DNA from: Monocercomonoides exilis PA203
Lineage: Eukaryota > Protista > Preaxostyla
Length of the DNA stretch: 64,000 nucleotides
Direction of reading: 5' to 3'
Assembly (NCBI GenBank): GCA_001643675.2
Contig: LSRY02000049.1
Coordinates: 558,001 to 622,000, forward strand
The notes beneath the pieces were generated by a model, which did no database searches, was not told where the DNA came from, and saw only the letters and a program-made list of their open reading frames with translations. The position numbers and the translations under genes are program-made. Below are positions 25,101-39,145 of the stretch, piece after piece. Within the stretch, counting starts at the first letter, position 1. Every line of letters starts with the position of its first letter.

Positions 25101-28100
25101 TGTTTCCACAGCCACATCAAACGCCTCTGCAGAGATGGTCACGCTCAGTGTCTGTGCAGGTTGTGGAAGAAGGTTGAATTCGTCTGTGATGTTCACCAAG
25201 AGATATTCACTGATAAGAGCTGCTTGAGATGGAGAGAACTTAATCTTCACTGTTGTGGTAGCTCCAGGTTGAAGCAGCCCTTCAGTTGGTGTCAATGTGA
25301 AATCAGCTGGAAGTATTCCTTGTTCTTTATGCGTCGTTGCATCTGCATTGCTCGAAGAGGAAGCTGAAGCTGAAGATGAAGATGAAGCAGAAGCAGAAGT
25401 TGTCCCTGCTTTCTGTTGCACAGCAGTTTTGTTGACTGCTGCTGGCTGCTGAACAGTCTTCCCCTTTTGTCCGGGTTTTTCATTACCACCAGCAATCGGT
25501 GCAGGACCACCAGATGCCAAACTCCAACGAGCAGGCAGTGTTGATTTGTTGTGCAGTGTGAACGACTTCTCAAGAGTTCGGCGACAAAGAAGTTTGTCAA
25601 ACGAAATCGCATTTGTGCTGATCTCCACAGCTGGAGAATCTCCGATGCAAGACACAGGAAGTGTGATTGGATGAGGTTGGTCTTGGACTGTGCAGACGAG
25701 TGTGTCTGAGCATACTCCAATGCCGGATGGAATGGCATACAGCTCCACCTCTGCACTTTCAGAAGGTTGGATTGTAACTGTTTCTTCCGACAAAAAGAAT
25801 GCTGGCAAAAGAGAAGTGCATTCAGTTCTCATCGCATTGAAGTCAGGAACTTTCTCTGTTTCCTGTTGTTGCTGTTGCTGCTGTCCAGGTGTACTTTTTG
25901 CACCAGAAGTGCCTTGTGCAGTCTTTCCACTTTGAGATGCTTGAGCATTTGCTTGTGTCTTTCCAGCTTGAGTTTTAGTGCCAGGAGCAGGTAAAATGCC
26001 GAGCTGTGTTTGAAGAGCAGTGAGAGCGCTGTTTGTTGAAATAGAAGAGATAGTAGGAGTGTATTGCATCTTTTGGAACGACATGAGAACAACTGCTGGG
26101 AACAGCCCGTCGTTCGTCAAGGTCAGTTTGTGCATGAAACACGAAGCAGCAGAGGGAGAAATGGCAAGTAAAACATTAGTTGATGATGATATGGAGACTT
26201 GTGCTGGTGAAGTAGTGTTTGACGATGAAGTGTTTGAAGTGGAAGTGCGGAGTGCGTTGGAGGAAGTGGAAAATGAAGCAGATGTGAGTGCTTTTGTGGA
26301 AGACGAAGAAGAAGACAATTGATTGTTCTGCATAGCTGAAGAAGATGCAGATGCAGATAGAGTTGTTGCTCCTCCAAACGCGCTGCCAAACAGCGACTGA
26401 AGAGGAACAATTGCAACAGGCCCGAACTCGAAGCAGCTGCGGAATGGAACATACTGCTTGTGCACTTGAACAAGAGTAGCATCGGGCTTTTGGCAAACGT
26501 TGTGGAAGATGAGTTTTGGCTGTTTCACAATAGATGGGAGAGCGCATATAGCTTTAACGTTTACTTTGCAGCTCTGTCTTGTCTCAACGAGTTCGAAGTG
26601 GAGCGTGGTGTCGATGTTGCCGATGGTGTCAGTGCGGAAGTGCAGAATAAGAATCATCTCGGACTGTGCTGGGCACACCCACCGTGTTGAAGGAATTAAC
26701 TGCTCTGTCTCGTAGCTGAATGGTACCACATCAACAGTGCTTCTCCCAACTTTTGTGGGAACAACCTCAAATCCTGAAGAACTGCTTGCAGGTGATGCTG
26801 AAGACGAAGCACTTTCTGAAGCTTTCTCTTCGTTCTGAGGTGAAATAGCTACAGTTGGTTGTGGAGATGCTGAATTGTTGGCAGGAGAAGCTGGACGAGA
26901 AGAAGGACGAGAAGAAGGCTTTTTGGATGGAGATGCAGGAGATGCAACTCTTCCAGGAGATGCTGCTCTGCCTGGAGAGGCAGGTCGGCTGGATGATGCT
27001 GGGCGAGGCGACGATGAACGTGAAGAGAGCCTCACAGACGTTGCAGAGGGAGATGAAGGCTTTGATGTTCTTCCCATCAGCCCACTTCCTGGTGATGCAA
27101 TGGTCGGTGTAGGCTTTGCGAGGAAAGAAACAGATTTTCCTCCTCTCCCATTTGTGCCTGTGCTCAGAACAGGTTGCATCTTGTTGACTCCGTTGCGCGT
27201 TGGAGTGGTTGCTCCTCTGCCAATTGTGTGGGTTCGAGATGACAAAGTTGTTGATTTGTTGTTTGTGGGTGAAGATGATGATGATGATGCAGAAGCTGAA
27301 GAAGATGACGAGGAGGTCTTTGAAACAACTGTCGATTGTCTCACAAGTTTGTTTGGCGGAATTCTGGTGATGCTGTTTGGCATCTCCATCAAGCAGAAGC
27401 AGCTGAGTGCAGATGAAGACAGCTTCGGAGGTGGATACAAATACATCGCCTTGTCTTCGCTCTGCGGCTCAGGAGGCAATTCTGCTCTTCTTCTTGCTTC
27501 TTCGGCAGCTGCCTCTGCTTCTGCCTGTGCTTGTGCAGCTGCTGCAGCAGCGGCTTCCTGTTCAGCTTTTGTCATCTTCTGTGGTGGCTTTGTGGTTGTC
27601 GTCGGCTTGGTACCTGGTTTGACCTTCTCTGCTGTCTGCTCTGGTGTTGGAGGTTCCACGTGAGGCACAGGAAGAGTTGTTTGAGACCAGTTGTTAGACT
27701 GTCCTGCTCTGAATGGAGGGCGAGGGATGATCTGGAACGTGGATGGAGGAGGTGGCGGCGACAGTTGGCTGTTCAGTCGCTGCTGCTCTGCCATCCGAAT
27801 AGCATCTTCGCGGCTCTGGAAAAGAGTGTGAATCGACAGAGGGATGTCGATGATAAGAGGAATACGCTGTACAAGCGTGTCTGGAATGGCTGTGTGTAGA
27901 AGCGGTGGGAGTGTGTCCTGTGAGAATCCAAAGCGATCAAACGACAGCAAAGCAGGCTCAGGTGCTGAGTCAGTAGGCACATGCACATCTTCTTCGACTG
28001 GATGCATGATGATCGAGTCTTCGTTCAGTTCCAATGTGGCAAGGTGAGGTGAAGGTGCAGGTGTAACTGAGCTCAGAGAATCAACTGCGACATTTCCATT

Positions 28101-31100
28101 CTTCTCGTCAAATTCTCTTTCCTTCATTTCGAGTGTGTCTTCATCAATTTCATCCACTTCATTATCTGCAAAGATGTCTTTTGGAGGTGGTGACGCTTCA
28201 ACTTCTGATGCAGCTGTGGATGCTGTGTGCTGCCCTTTTGTGGGTGATTGAAGTGTTGTCTGCTTCATTCCAGACTGTTGTGGTGTAACTGGCTTTGCTG
28301 TGGTTGTGCTTCCGCTGCTTCCTCCTGTTTGCGGTGCAGACGTCTTAGCATCTTTCTCATCTCGCTCAGTTTCGTTGTTTTCTTTGTTTTCTTCATCTGT
28401 TCCTTCAGCTGAATTCTTTCTTACAACTTTTCTCTTTGATGTCCACATTCTAATGATTGGTGCCAGAGCTGCAGGTTCTCTCAAATAAAGTGTTTTTTGC
28501 TGTTCCTTTGTCAAAATAGAAAGGTCCATTTTGATATCTTTCCCAAAGTATGGATCGCATTCCTTGAAGGATGGCTGGTCTGCTCCGTAGAGTTGCTCCC
28601 ACTGTGACACATCGTTTGCATTGAGTGGAACTGAAATGTTTGGAATCGCCATGTTCGACGCATTTCCTGCTCCCTTTCCTGCGCCAGCCTTTTGAGAAAG
28701 CGAGGCTGCCTGTTTCGCTCCTGATGCCCCTGGCTTTGTTCCTTTCTGTGCAGCAAGCTCAGCCGCTTCTGCAGCAGCCTTTGCAGCCAAATGTGCTTCG
28801 TGGAGTTTCGAGTAAAAGAAGCGCGATCCCAAGTCGAGGCGCAGGAGGCCAATGCGAAGCGACTGTTGATATGAAGTTATTGCTTCTCCAAGCGGATCAA
28901 TCAATTTGGGCTTTTGCGAAGCAGAAGATGTGGCTGGCGAAGAATTCGCTTCAGAAAGAGAAGGCATTCCAGGTTGTGGCTGTGGCTGTGTCTGTGTCTG
29001 TGACTGTGACTGTGATGTGGATGCTGATTGCAACTGATTCATTTTTGTGATGCTATTTGCAGTCGAAGTGGGAAGAAGCACTGCCTGGAGAGGAGTAAGC
29101 GATGCAAATATCTTTCCTGCTGGAACTTGTAGTGTGATTCCAGGTGCTTCTTCGGACCCATCGCTTCCAGAAGAGGCAGAAGCAGATGTAGAACTTGCTC
29201 CTTTCTGTGCTGCTGCTGTAGGTGCTGGCTTCTTTCCTTTGGCTGCTGAAGCTGCGGCGGCAGCAGAAGCAGCGGCTGCCAACGAAGCTGGGTCTTGTCC
29301 TGGAAGAGAAAGAGGCTCTGGATAATAATTGCTCAGTGTGAATCCGTTAGGCAATGGCTGTTCGCCTCTCAAGATTGCTAAGTCCTTCTTTGTCCTCTCT
29401 TTTTCATCAGATAGGAATTCTTCCATCAATTTGTGTGTTCGTTCAAATTGATCCATCTCTTGTGAGTGGCGCTGAAGAGCAGAGTCGTAAATTTCTCTCT
29501 CTTTATCTGTCATATCGTCATAGATCTCATCTGAAACTGGTCTGACAGCCATCTTCGGTGGATTGGCAGTATATGAATTGTAGATTGATTCCAGCTGGGA
29601 AAGATAACGAGTACGGATAATCGGAGCACTCACATCAAGCAGAAGCACCTGAAGACGCTGAGTTGCCTTCAACGCACTGCGCAAGGCAGCAAGAGCACAT
29701 TGCGAGGCGATTGAAAGTCCCCTCTTCCACATCTGAGATGGTTCCTCATCTTGTTCAAATGTGATGATGGGAAGAGAAGTCGAAGGTGAAGAAGATGATG
29801 ATGATGATTTTTTTGAATCTTTCTTTGAATTGGCTTTATCTGCATTTTTCTTTCTTTCCTCGGCTTTTTTCAAAAACTTGGTCAAATATGATTGTTCCGA
29901 GTGCATCTCGATTGACAAATCATCAAAAATCACTCCTTTCGACATATCCAGCTGTTCCAGTCGGAATTTCAGTATTTTCATCAGAAGTGTTTCAGGGAAG
30001 TTTAATTCGCTCAGCTGCTTTTGAATCTCTGATTCATCAACTGCCTCTTGCTGTTTCATCACAGCAACCGCATCAATATTCTCTTCCTCGTCTTCAGACT
30101 GCTCAGCCTGCATTTGACTTCCACTCGCATTGGCTCCGCCTTTGCCTCCTGCTGCTCCCTTTTGTGCTGTTGTTGAAGCAGCTGCTGCTTTTTGTTTAGC
30201 TCCTGCCCCATCACGCAGTGTCTCCTGCCATGGCTTCCCTTCCTGCTTACCAGTTGCAGCTCCTCCTTTTGTGTTGCTTGCTTTTCCTTTCTCTTCTTTT
30301 CCTCCTGTTCCGCTCTGCTGCAATGGCTGTGGCTGCATCAGTTCTTCTAGTTCTGCGGCCTCTTTTGCTTCTCTTTCTTTGGCTGCTTTTGCTGCTCTTC
30401 TCTCCTTCTGATGCTTTATTGTTGCTTTCATCGTCTGAATGCGCTTCTTCCTCCGCTCTTCCTTCTCTCTCTCAATCTCATCAAATCTCTTGTTGATTGA
30501 CTCCACAATTTCTTTCACTTCGTTGCTTGTATCAAACATTTCCTTCTGCTTTGCATACTCTCTCCGCATTGCCACAATACCCAGCTGCTGTTCATTCAGC
30601 CCATCTGTGTTGTGAAGTCCGCTGAGTGGATCAAACTGCGCTGGTGCTTCCATCAGACTGGATGAAGACGACTGTTGCTGCTGCTGGTGAAGCTGTTGTT
30701 GTTGTTGGGATGTCTGTGCTTTTGTGCCTGGCTTTTCGGTGGTCTTCTTCTCGCATGCAGCCTGCGCAGCAAGCAACTCCTCAATTCCTGGTATCTCTGG
30801 TGGCAGATGCTCCACAGAAGGTGCTTTTTCTTCAGCCAGATTCATTGCCCAGTGGATTGTCGACTCCAAAGTCTGCACTGGAAGCTCAAATTGCTCGGCA
30901 AGCGCTGAAGCAGCAGTCGTCTTGCCAGACAAAGGCAGCCCCATCACCACAAACACAGGTGTGAATGCAGGTGGTGGCGGCGGTTGGGCTTGCTGAGAGG
31001 TTTCTTCTTCAATCAATTTGGAGGAGTCGCCTGTGGTTGAAGAGGATGAAGCACTTGATGATGCAGATGCTGAATTTGCAGCTGATGGAATTGGCTTTCC

Positions 31101-34100
31101 TGTCTTCGGATCCACTTTGCTCTGCTGCTGTATAACTGGCAATGCCTTTCCCGCTGCGCCAACCTGCTTGCCTTGTGCATTTGGCGAAGCAGCAGCAGAA
31201 GAAGAAGCTGATGCTGATGCTGATGCTGAAGCAGATGCTGATGATGTTCCATCATTTTCTCCATTTTCGTCCTGATGCTCAGATTTCGAAGGATATGGCA
31301 GCTGTCTCTTCTGCAGCTTCTGTGACTCAATGAACTTCTCAAATGAAAGAGGGTCTAATCTTCCTCCATCAGGTCTTTCAGGCATGTGCTTTGTCTCAAA
31401 CTTCTGTGCCATATCCTCATTCAGCATCTGCCCTGCCTCTCTCGGCGGGACAAGCGCAGTGGAGTCTTCTCTGTATGTTGGAATTTCTCTCAAAATGGCC
31501 TCTTCGTAGAGGTATTTTCTGTCAAAGTCGGCTGAATAGAACTCAACTGGAAACAATGAGGCATTCCTAACTTTCAGCTGGCATTGCACGCCGTTCGAGT
31601 GTGGAAGCACTGGCGGAAGTGACAAAGTCTCCGGAGTGATGCTGAAGTCCACCTCGTCTGCTGCTCCTTTGATCAGAATGTGCTTCAGCGTCCCATTGGC
31701 AGTGATCTTCAGAGGCATTTTTACAGAATATTGTTGAGTTTTGCCTCCAACTCCTGTTGATGGAGACTGGGGAAGTCCAGACGGAAGCTGAAGTCCGCTG
31801 CCTCCTGATGAAGATGACGAAGAAGAAGACGAAGAAGAAATCGAGTTGCTCTTCTTCTTCGACTCGACTGCTGAGCGTGGGGTGAATGTGACTGTGAGGT
31901 CGGTGTAGTCTCCAGCAGCAACTGTCCCTTTCATCGGGCTGAATGACACCCAGCTGGTGTCCTGCCCGTCGTTACTGCTGCGCATCCCCCATGTCGCTGG
32001 CACAGTCATCCTGTTTGTCAGCCTCACTGTCGCCACTCCGCACTGCCCAACGTGAATCGTCCCGAAATCGATCTTGTCGGTCGATAGCTCCAAGTCAGGC
32101 ATTGTCAGCGTGGCCTGCAGCTGGATAAGAATCACAGGGCCGTTCCTGATGGAAATGGGGAGATATGCTTCAACTAGTCCTGAGGAAGCAGATGTCAAAG
32201 AGGAAGAAGAGGCAGATGTTGATGGAACATCATCCACACGTGGTGAGTAGTTGATTGTCACATCAATAGATTCCCCTTCAGGCAGCCTTTGAATTCGCTC
32301 AGGAGTCGCAAAGAATCCTTGGGAAGCCAAAAATTTGCTGTCAATATCGACTGAAATAGGTGCAAATCCTGTGTTAACAAAGCGGAAGGAGCGTTTCTTC
32401 TGCTGCGAGGCAACAACTGTTCCGAAGTCGCACACGTAACGAGAAAGGATAGGCACTCCTTTCGGAAGACGGGTCTGGAGCCGTCTGTCAGCAGGCACAA
32501 TGTGAGGAAGGAAAGCTCCCTGTGAAGAAGGAGAGAGCTGGCGGAGGACGCAAATGCGCTCTGCCTCTGCCTCCAGCTCGGGTGGGTGCATCACAGTGGA
32601 AAGGAGAGACGGGGCAGTGGCTGTGGTGACGATGGACTGGGTGTCTGGCGAAGGAGAAGGAGCTGACGATGCAAGTGAGGTTGATGAGGCAGTCAGGTGA
32701 GATGGGATGAATCCTCTTGTGCCTCCACGTGAGGGAAGCTGTCTTTGTGTGGATGCCAAAAGCATCGAGCCAACATTCATTGAGGATGAGAAAGACGCGG
32801 CAGACAAAGAAGAAGACGTTGGTGGTCGGGTGACTGGGCCGCGTGCTGTTGTGGCAGCAGAGATGAAAGGAGAAGTCGACTGCGACGGCAACAGAGATGG
32901 CAAGCCAGCAGAACTGGCAGAACCTGTTTGGTGCATTGAAAGAGCGCCTGTCTTAGACATCGCAGTTGACAGCTGAGCAGACGCTGACTCGACGACTGTT
33001 TTCACAGCAACCGCGAGTGATTGGCGCAGAATGGTTGATTGAGGAATGTTGAAGTGCCACGACGATGCAGCAGACATCAACTTTGCTCTCTCTTCCTCAG
33101 AGATCGTGTCGAATGAAGAAGAAGAGGAAGACGATGAAGCTGAAGCAGATGCAGAAGCAGAAGCAGACTGGGATGAAATGATAGAAGGCAAAGAAAGCAT
33201 CATTTGCTCGTCGCCCTTTGCAATTGCATCAACAAGTGGAAGCATCTCATTCATCGACAGTGTTTGTGTGTTAAATGTCTCCACGCTCTTTTGTGCATCT
33301 GCAATCAACATTCGATGCAGTGAATCATTCAAACGAGTCAATCCAACAGTCAAACGAGGGAATATTCCCTTTCCACACACCGCAATCACCTGCTTGTCGA
33401 AGTTCTCGACGGAAATGTCGATAAATGCAAACACAATTTCAGGTGCGTGCGGAGTGAAGCGGATGCTCAGTCGTTGCTTTCCGTTTCCACTTACACGACC
33501 TGACGAAGGAGTGACAGAAATCACACCCTCACGAACCTCGGCCAGAGGAAGTAGCGAAGCACCAGCTGATGAAGAATCTTTGATTGAAGATGAAGAAGAA
33601 GCAGAAGCAGAAGAAGATGGCAAGCTCTTCCGTGCTGAAGAAGAAGAAGACGAATCGGTCGAGCCATCAGGCCAACGCACAGGAAGAATAGTGTATTCGA
33701 TGGGGACAGTGCTGTCATTCAGGATCATCGCCTCCATCACGCACTCTGACCCAACTGCCACAGAGCCAAAGTCGATGTGCTCTGTGTCAATGTGATATTG
33801 GATGAGCGAAGAGGAGCCGCTCACACTCACATCGTAGCTCGGCCCGCCTTCCACACGACAAACAGCCGTCGTGCGGAATGAGCAGCCCAGTCGCCCGATC
33901 AGAGAGAAGGAGACTTGGAGAGTTTCTCCGGGAGCCAGGTCAAAGTGGTTCGGAGAAATATCGAGTATTTGAGGGAGAATAGAAGAAGATGCAGAAAGGT
34001 TGTTGGCAGAGGAAGAAGATGGAGCAGTTGGAGATGCGCGGCTGGGAGACGATGAGGCTGGTGTGTTTCTGCCAGTCGTGCCTGAAGGTGTAGGAGAGGG

Positions 34101-37100
34101 CGTGTTGTGTGATGGAGTGAGTGCAGTGATGAGAGGAACAGGCGCTTCGTCGCCAGACATCGCTGTGGGCGTTCGGGAGGCTGCGCCTTCTCTGTCTTCT
34201 AACTCCAACAGCTGCGTTGACAGAACAGTCGATGCTCTTTCCTTTTTGGCGTAGGACTCTTCTTCTCTCTCCACAAACACCCACTGCCCGCTCACATTCA
34301 GTGCGCTGGTGTTGCTGAGTGTGAGTGTGAGTGTTTTCTTTGTGTCTGCCAGAACACATCCGAAGTCGAGTGATGTTGTTCTCATTGTCAGATTTGGATA
34401 CTGCACTTCACCTACCAGCTCAATCGTGTCTCTTCGCGAGTGCTCATCGTAGTCAATCACCAGCTTCTCCTTGTACACACGCGACTGCATATCCATCCGA
34501 TACAGTCCGTCAAAATACACCTCCACTTGCGCTGTTGAATTCGCTTCCACTTTTATCTCGCGAGGCTCCACTGAAAACGGCGCTGAACATAACAGCGATG
34601 CACTCACGGGAAGTGCGATGTTGTTGGTCAGCGTCAGAACCTCACGATGAAGAGATGCTGGCTGCTGCAGATGATCATCGTCTTCTGAGACTTCTGTTTT
34701 AATAGAATAGGATTATTAATAAATTTATAAAAAATTTTTTTGAGTAATTTTTAGATAAAATTAAATAAATAAAATAAAACAATAAACATTATGCAATAAT
34801 TATCTTAAAAAAATCTCAAACCTTTCAATGGCTCCTTCTGTGTGTTCCACAAAAATCTGAACTCTCTCTGTGATGGCACAAGCAAAGGTTCATCAAACGT
34901 CGCTGAAATGACAGGCTCATAGAGATTCTTGGATGTTCTTCCTTGAGTCACTTTGCACATCCACTTCTCGCTGATAGAGCCGATCTTGTCGCCTGTCCCA
35001 CTCACCGTGAAGACTGCCTCTTCACCCGACTTCAGTGTAATGCGGGTGGGGGTGATTGTGAACACTGGAATATACTCCACAATCGGCAGCTCTTCCTCGT
35101 CTTTCGATCGCATCGTCTTCAGATTGCGCTGTGTGGAGCTGTTGGTCGCTGATGACTTCGTCTTTAGAAGCGGCCTGGCTGATGACGCTGATGAAGAAGA
35201 AGAAGCAGAAGATGATGCACCTTTCCTTGCCCCATTCTTCTTCTCCCTCTCTCTCTCCAGCGTCTCTCTCGCGATCTGCTCCAACTCGGCCTGTGTCTTC
35301 TTTATCGCATTCCACTGGATCGTTTGTGCCTGCTTTCCTCTGTTGGACAGCACAAACTCCATCTGCAGCGGGCGCTGAGTGAACTGGTGGCCAAAGGCAA
35401 AGTGCTCCATGTCAGCCAGCGTGGAGAGGATGGTGGAGCCTCTCCCGACAGCTGAGATGGGAATGGCGTAGTCTTCGGCAGCATCTGTCACGATGATGTT
35501 GAGTGTGTCGCTGAACTTCACACTGTCCTTCAGATACGCATGGATCGCCACCTCCATCGTCTCCTTCGCTGCAATTGTGCCTTCAGAAATGTCTGGTTTA
35601 AACACTCCGTCTTTCCTCTTGCAGTAAAGCCTGAACTCTGCTGGGATGTCAGCCTCATTCCGCATCACCAGGACCTTTGCGATATCCGTGATGACTGGAA
35701 TCTCCCCAAATACAACTTCTTTCGTGTCAAACGACAGCCGCGGGCCAAGTGCATTAGCCGTAATAGTGAAGCGGATTGGCTGGTCATTTCCCACAATGCG
35801 GAAGAAGATAGGGATTTCAACAGGCCCCAGCCGCTCTGCGGTGAAGTTTAAGGTAATCGTCGTGTTTGTGCGGGGTGCGAGTGGAGCTTTTGTGCTTTTT
35901 GCAGAAACAGATGCGATGGAAAACAGCGCCTCCTCTTCGGGAATCATCTCATACTGTGCATAGAGCGTGGTTGGGTTGATGAAGTTGAATGTGGGATGGT
36001 ATTCGGTGCGGTAGAAGATGTCGCCCAATTCGATGAACTGTCTGTCGGCGCTGATGCGAGGCACCGTCGCCTCTGCTGAAAGAGGCATTCGGAGTGCACC
36101 TGCTCCAACTTCGTCGATGTCAATTGACAGGAAAGTTGCATAGGTGCCTATGTGCGCTGGTATAAAGTCAACTCGGATGTCAACTTGCTCTAATCCGCGA
36201 AGCACTCCCTTCTGCGGAGATGCATCCCATTCGCGAGAGAGAAAGCGCCCGTCAGCAAAGCGCAGCTGATACGACAGCGGAATCTCGCTGGTGTTCCGCA
36301 GGGTGAATGTCTTCTTTGCGAGGAAGCCTAAAGAACACTGTCCGAAATCAAGAGATTCCACACTGCATTCAACAGTCGGGAACAGCACGTTGCCTCTCAC
36401 ATGTGCCTTCAGTAGCAGAGGCGAGCCTTCGATTTTGAAGTGTGCGTGTTCTGTGAATGAGCCCACTTTCTCTTTGAACAGCCTCACTGCCACTGTCATC
36501 TCCTGGTGAGGCGGCACCAGCCCTGACGATGGTGTGAATGTCAGTGCAGGCACTGTCTGAAGAGGAGACGGGGGGCGAAGAGGACACGGGTTGGTAATTG
36601 CAGTCACGCCAGACTTCTTCCACTCATCTGGATCAGGCAAAGGTGATGGTGTGGGTGAGAGAGCAGATGATGCTGAGGCAGATGAAGCAGAAGGAGAAAT
36701 TGGCATCAGCTGGTCAGAAAGTGTGGATGGAGGAAATGCAGAGGCTGAAGATTCGAGTGGATGGAGATACTGCCTCTCGCGCAGTGCAAGCTCCAGAGAC
36801 ACAGAAGGCGACGGCAGAAGAGCGAAATGTGCGTCGATTTCGCCTCTGTTCTGGATGACGAACTTGTACTCATATTCTGTCTTTAGCAGGATATCACCTG
36901 TGTCCACTGTGTCGTATGTGAGCTGCACCAGCGGGCCGACTCCCAGTCCTTTCAAGTCCATCTCCAGACCGCCTTCTCTTCCAGTCACCTGGCAGACAAC
37001 ACGTGAAGTGAACATACCGGCACACTGGGGAGAAAACGTTACAACAAAGTGTGAAGATGAATGCGGCCATATCTCGCCTTCGGCTGGTGAAATGGAAAAG

Positions 37101-38050
37101 GGACACATTTCAATATCGTCTTCGGCTTCTCTTTGCTCTCCATTCATTGAATATGATGATGTGGATAAAGACAGCTCGTCTTCTGATTTCTCTCCTTCTT
37201 GACTTTTTCCATTTGAAGAAGGCATCACAGTTGATGTTGCTTGAGGTGATGAACTCGAAGAGCTGTATGCCCCTGTTCCAAATGCGCCCTGTCGAGAAGA
37301 TGGAGCAAGTGTGGTGCTTCTCGATGATGCAGAATGGATGCATCTATCATACTGTGCATCGAATGATGCCATTGAAGGATGGCTTGACGATGGACGATCT
37401 TGGATTTTTCGTTGAACTGTCAGCTCTGGTTCCAGCATAGATCCATCATATTTATGAGATGTTCCTTCTCCGCTTATGAGCCATTTATATTGAACACGTA
37501 TTTCAGAATTGTTGTAAAGTGTGACAGCTCTCTGAGATTGCTTGCTAACATAAGCAGCTTCACAAACAAGATCATCTGCACTTAAGCATGCATCAACGTT
37601 TTCTGCGGATCCGGAAAGTTTCACAATATCTTTGATTTTCTTATTATTTATAACTATTTCAATTTTGAAATTATTATATTGTTGGCATCTCTAAAAAAAC
37701 AAATTAGGCAAGTCAAATAAAAAAGAAAATCGGATGGGCATTCAATGAATAGATAATTAATATATGTCAGTAAATGTTTATACGTAAAGAAATTTAATAT
37801 TTCATGAAAATTTTCAAAGATCAAAAGTTTCTCAAACTTCTGGAGTAAAATAAACATCAATCTGTTTTGACTCTCTAACTTCAAGTTCGCCACTTGAAGG
37901 ACTTATCATAAATGGTTCTTCAGTCAATAATTCAAAGGTTACAAAATGATCATATGTATTCTGTATCAAAATGGTTCTTGTCGTTGTATAATGTACTGGA
38001 CAGTTGGGAAAAGATATTTCTGTTGGTAGCTCCAAACTATTACGAGGCAT
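16179..38050 (-). CDS. HYDIN: HYDIN, axonemal central-pair protein (~7200 aa; tandem ASH/PapD-like Ig domains plus adenylate-kinase-like P-loop domain)
   Basis: Exons 38050-37838, 37690-34822 and 34693-16179 join in frame across GT-AG introns. N-terminal LELPTEISFPNCPVHYTTTRTILIQN resembles the Hydin LDFPDKLNFSTCPVKYST segment. Many (L/I)DFG...(L/I)xN...F.(I/V).P..G ASH repeats; GLPLSGKT P-loop near 30920-30950; C-terminal WTYYIKG. The start codon is less certain than the rest. Confidence 0.93.
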
Positions 38051-38233
38051 AGTCAACAGAATGTCAAAGATCAAGACTTAAATTGAACCGTTTAAAGAAA
38101 AGAAGATGAATGTATGGGTTAAGTATTGAAAGTGTGTATAGTGGATAAGCAATGCATTTTATAATAATTATAATATTAATTTTGTTGAAATCGCAGATTC
38201 AAGATAAATGATCGTCTTACCCTATATAATACA
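38051..38233. promoter_or_regulatory. Putative bidirectional promoter HYDIN / CCDC153 with two oppositely oriented TGATC motifs (38069-38073, 38209-38213)
   Basis: 183-bp gap between divergent ATGs; each motif reads TGATC on its own gene's sense strand, 18-20 nt before the ATG. Confidence 0.55.
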
Positions 38234-38918
38234 ATGTCAAAGAAAGGCGGTTCTAAAAAGGGAAAACAGCAAGTAGATGAGGAACTTGAGCAGTTGAAAG
38301 ATTTGGCACTTAAAGGAAAATTACGTATTGAAGCACTAGAAAGAGAATTATGTTTGTGAGTTGAATTATTTTTGAGTATTTTTGAAATTATTGTATTTTC
38401 AACAGTCGAACAAAAAGAACAAGCCAGGACAGCTATGAAAAAAAAAGATACTTTACAAGATAAAGTTCTTGATTTTGCAGAAGAATATAACCAAGAAAAG
38501 GCAGATAGACACGATATTGTGTCAAATATGGAAAGACAATACAAAGAAATGCAAGATTACCTGATTCAAAAAAATAAGGAGCTTGAGCAAAAAATTGAAA
38601 AGCTTCAAGATGAAACTGGTTTGTATTGAATAGTTTGGCACAATTTTTTTGAAATATCTTAACATATTTTTTAAATTCAAAGCATTTCTCCATCTTGGAT
38701 ATGAACGTACAATCAAAGAAAAAGATGATGCGATTGCAGAAAAAGAAAGGACAATACTCGACTTGGATAGAAAAATGGAGGATTTGGCAGAACAATTTAG
38801 GCAAATGCTACAATCAACACTCGATAAGATGACCGAGAAACTCAAAGCAGGAGGTGAATGGGAAGTTGGACTTTTGCCAGATCCAGATAAATTAAAACAA
38901 TTTGGAGTAGATGTTTAA
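38234..38918 (+). CDS. CCDC153: Coiled-coil protein CCDC153 / dynein regulatory complex subunit 12 (188 aa, 3 exons)
   Basis: Exons 38234-38351, 38406-38618 and 38683-38918 splice in frame. Basic N-terminus MSKKGGSKKGK, then ARTAMKKKDTLQ...MERQYKEMQ...KMEDLAEQFRQMLQSTLDKMTEKL...W...LKQFG, matching the CCDC153 pattern as I recall it. Confidence 0.8.
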
Positions 38919-39145
38919 TTATTACGCTTCACAACCTCATCACTTCCGTTTCAAACTTCTATTTCTATTTAATAATTTCACCATTTCTTTTCACTCATTT
39001 CATCGCGATTCAAAAAGTCTGTGCATCAAACACTGATTATTTTTATATTCACATTTATAAATTTGATGAAAAAGCTCTCAATTTGGGAGATAAAGGATGA
39101 AATGAAAGAAATGAATTTTCGTGGAATGGATGATGAAATAAGTAT

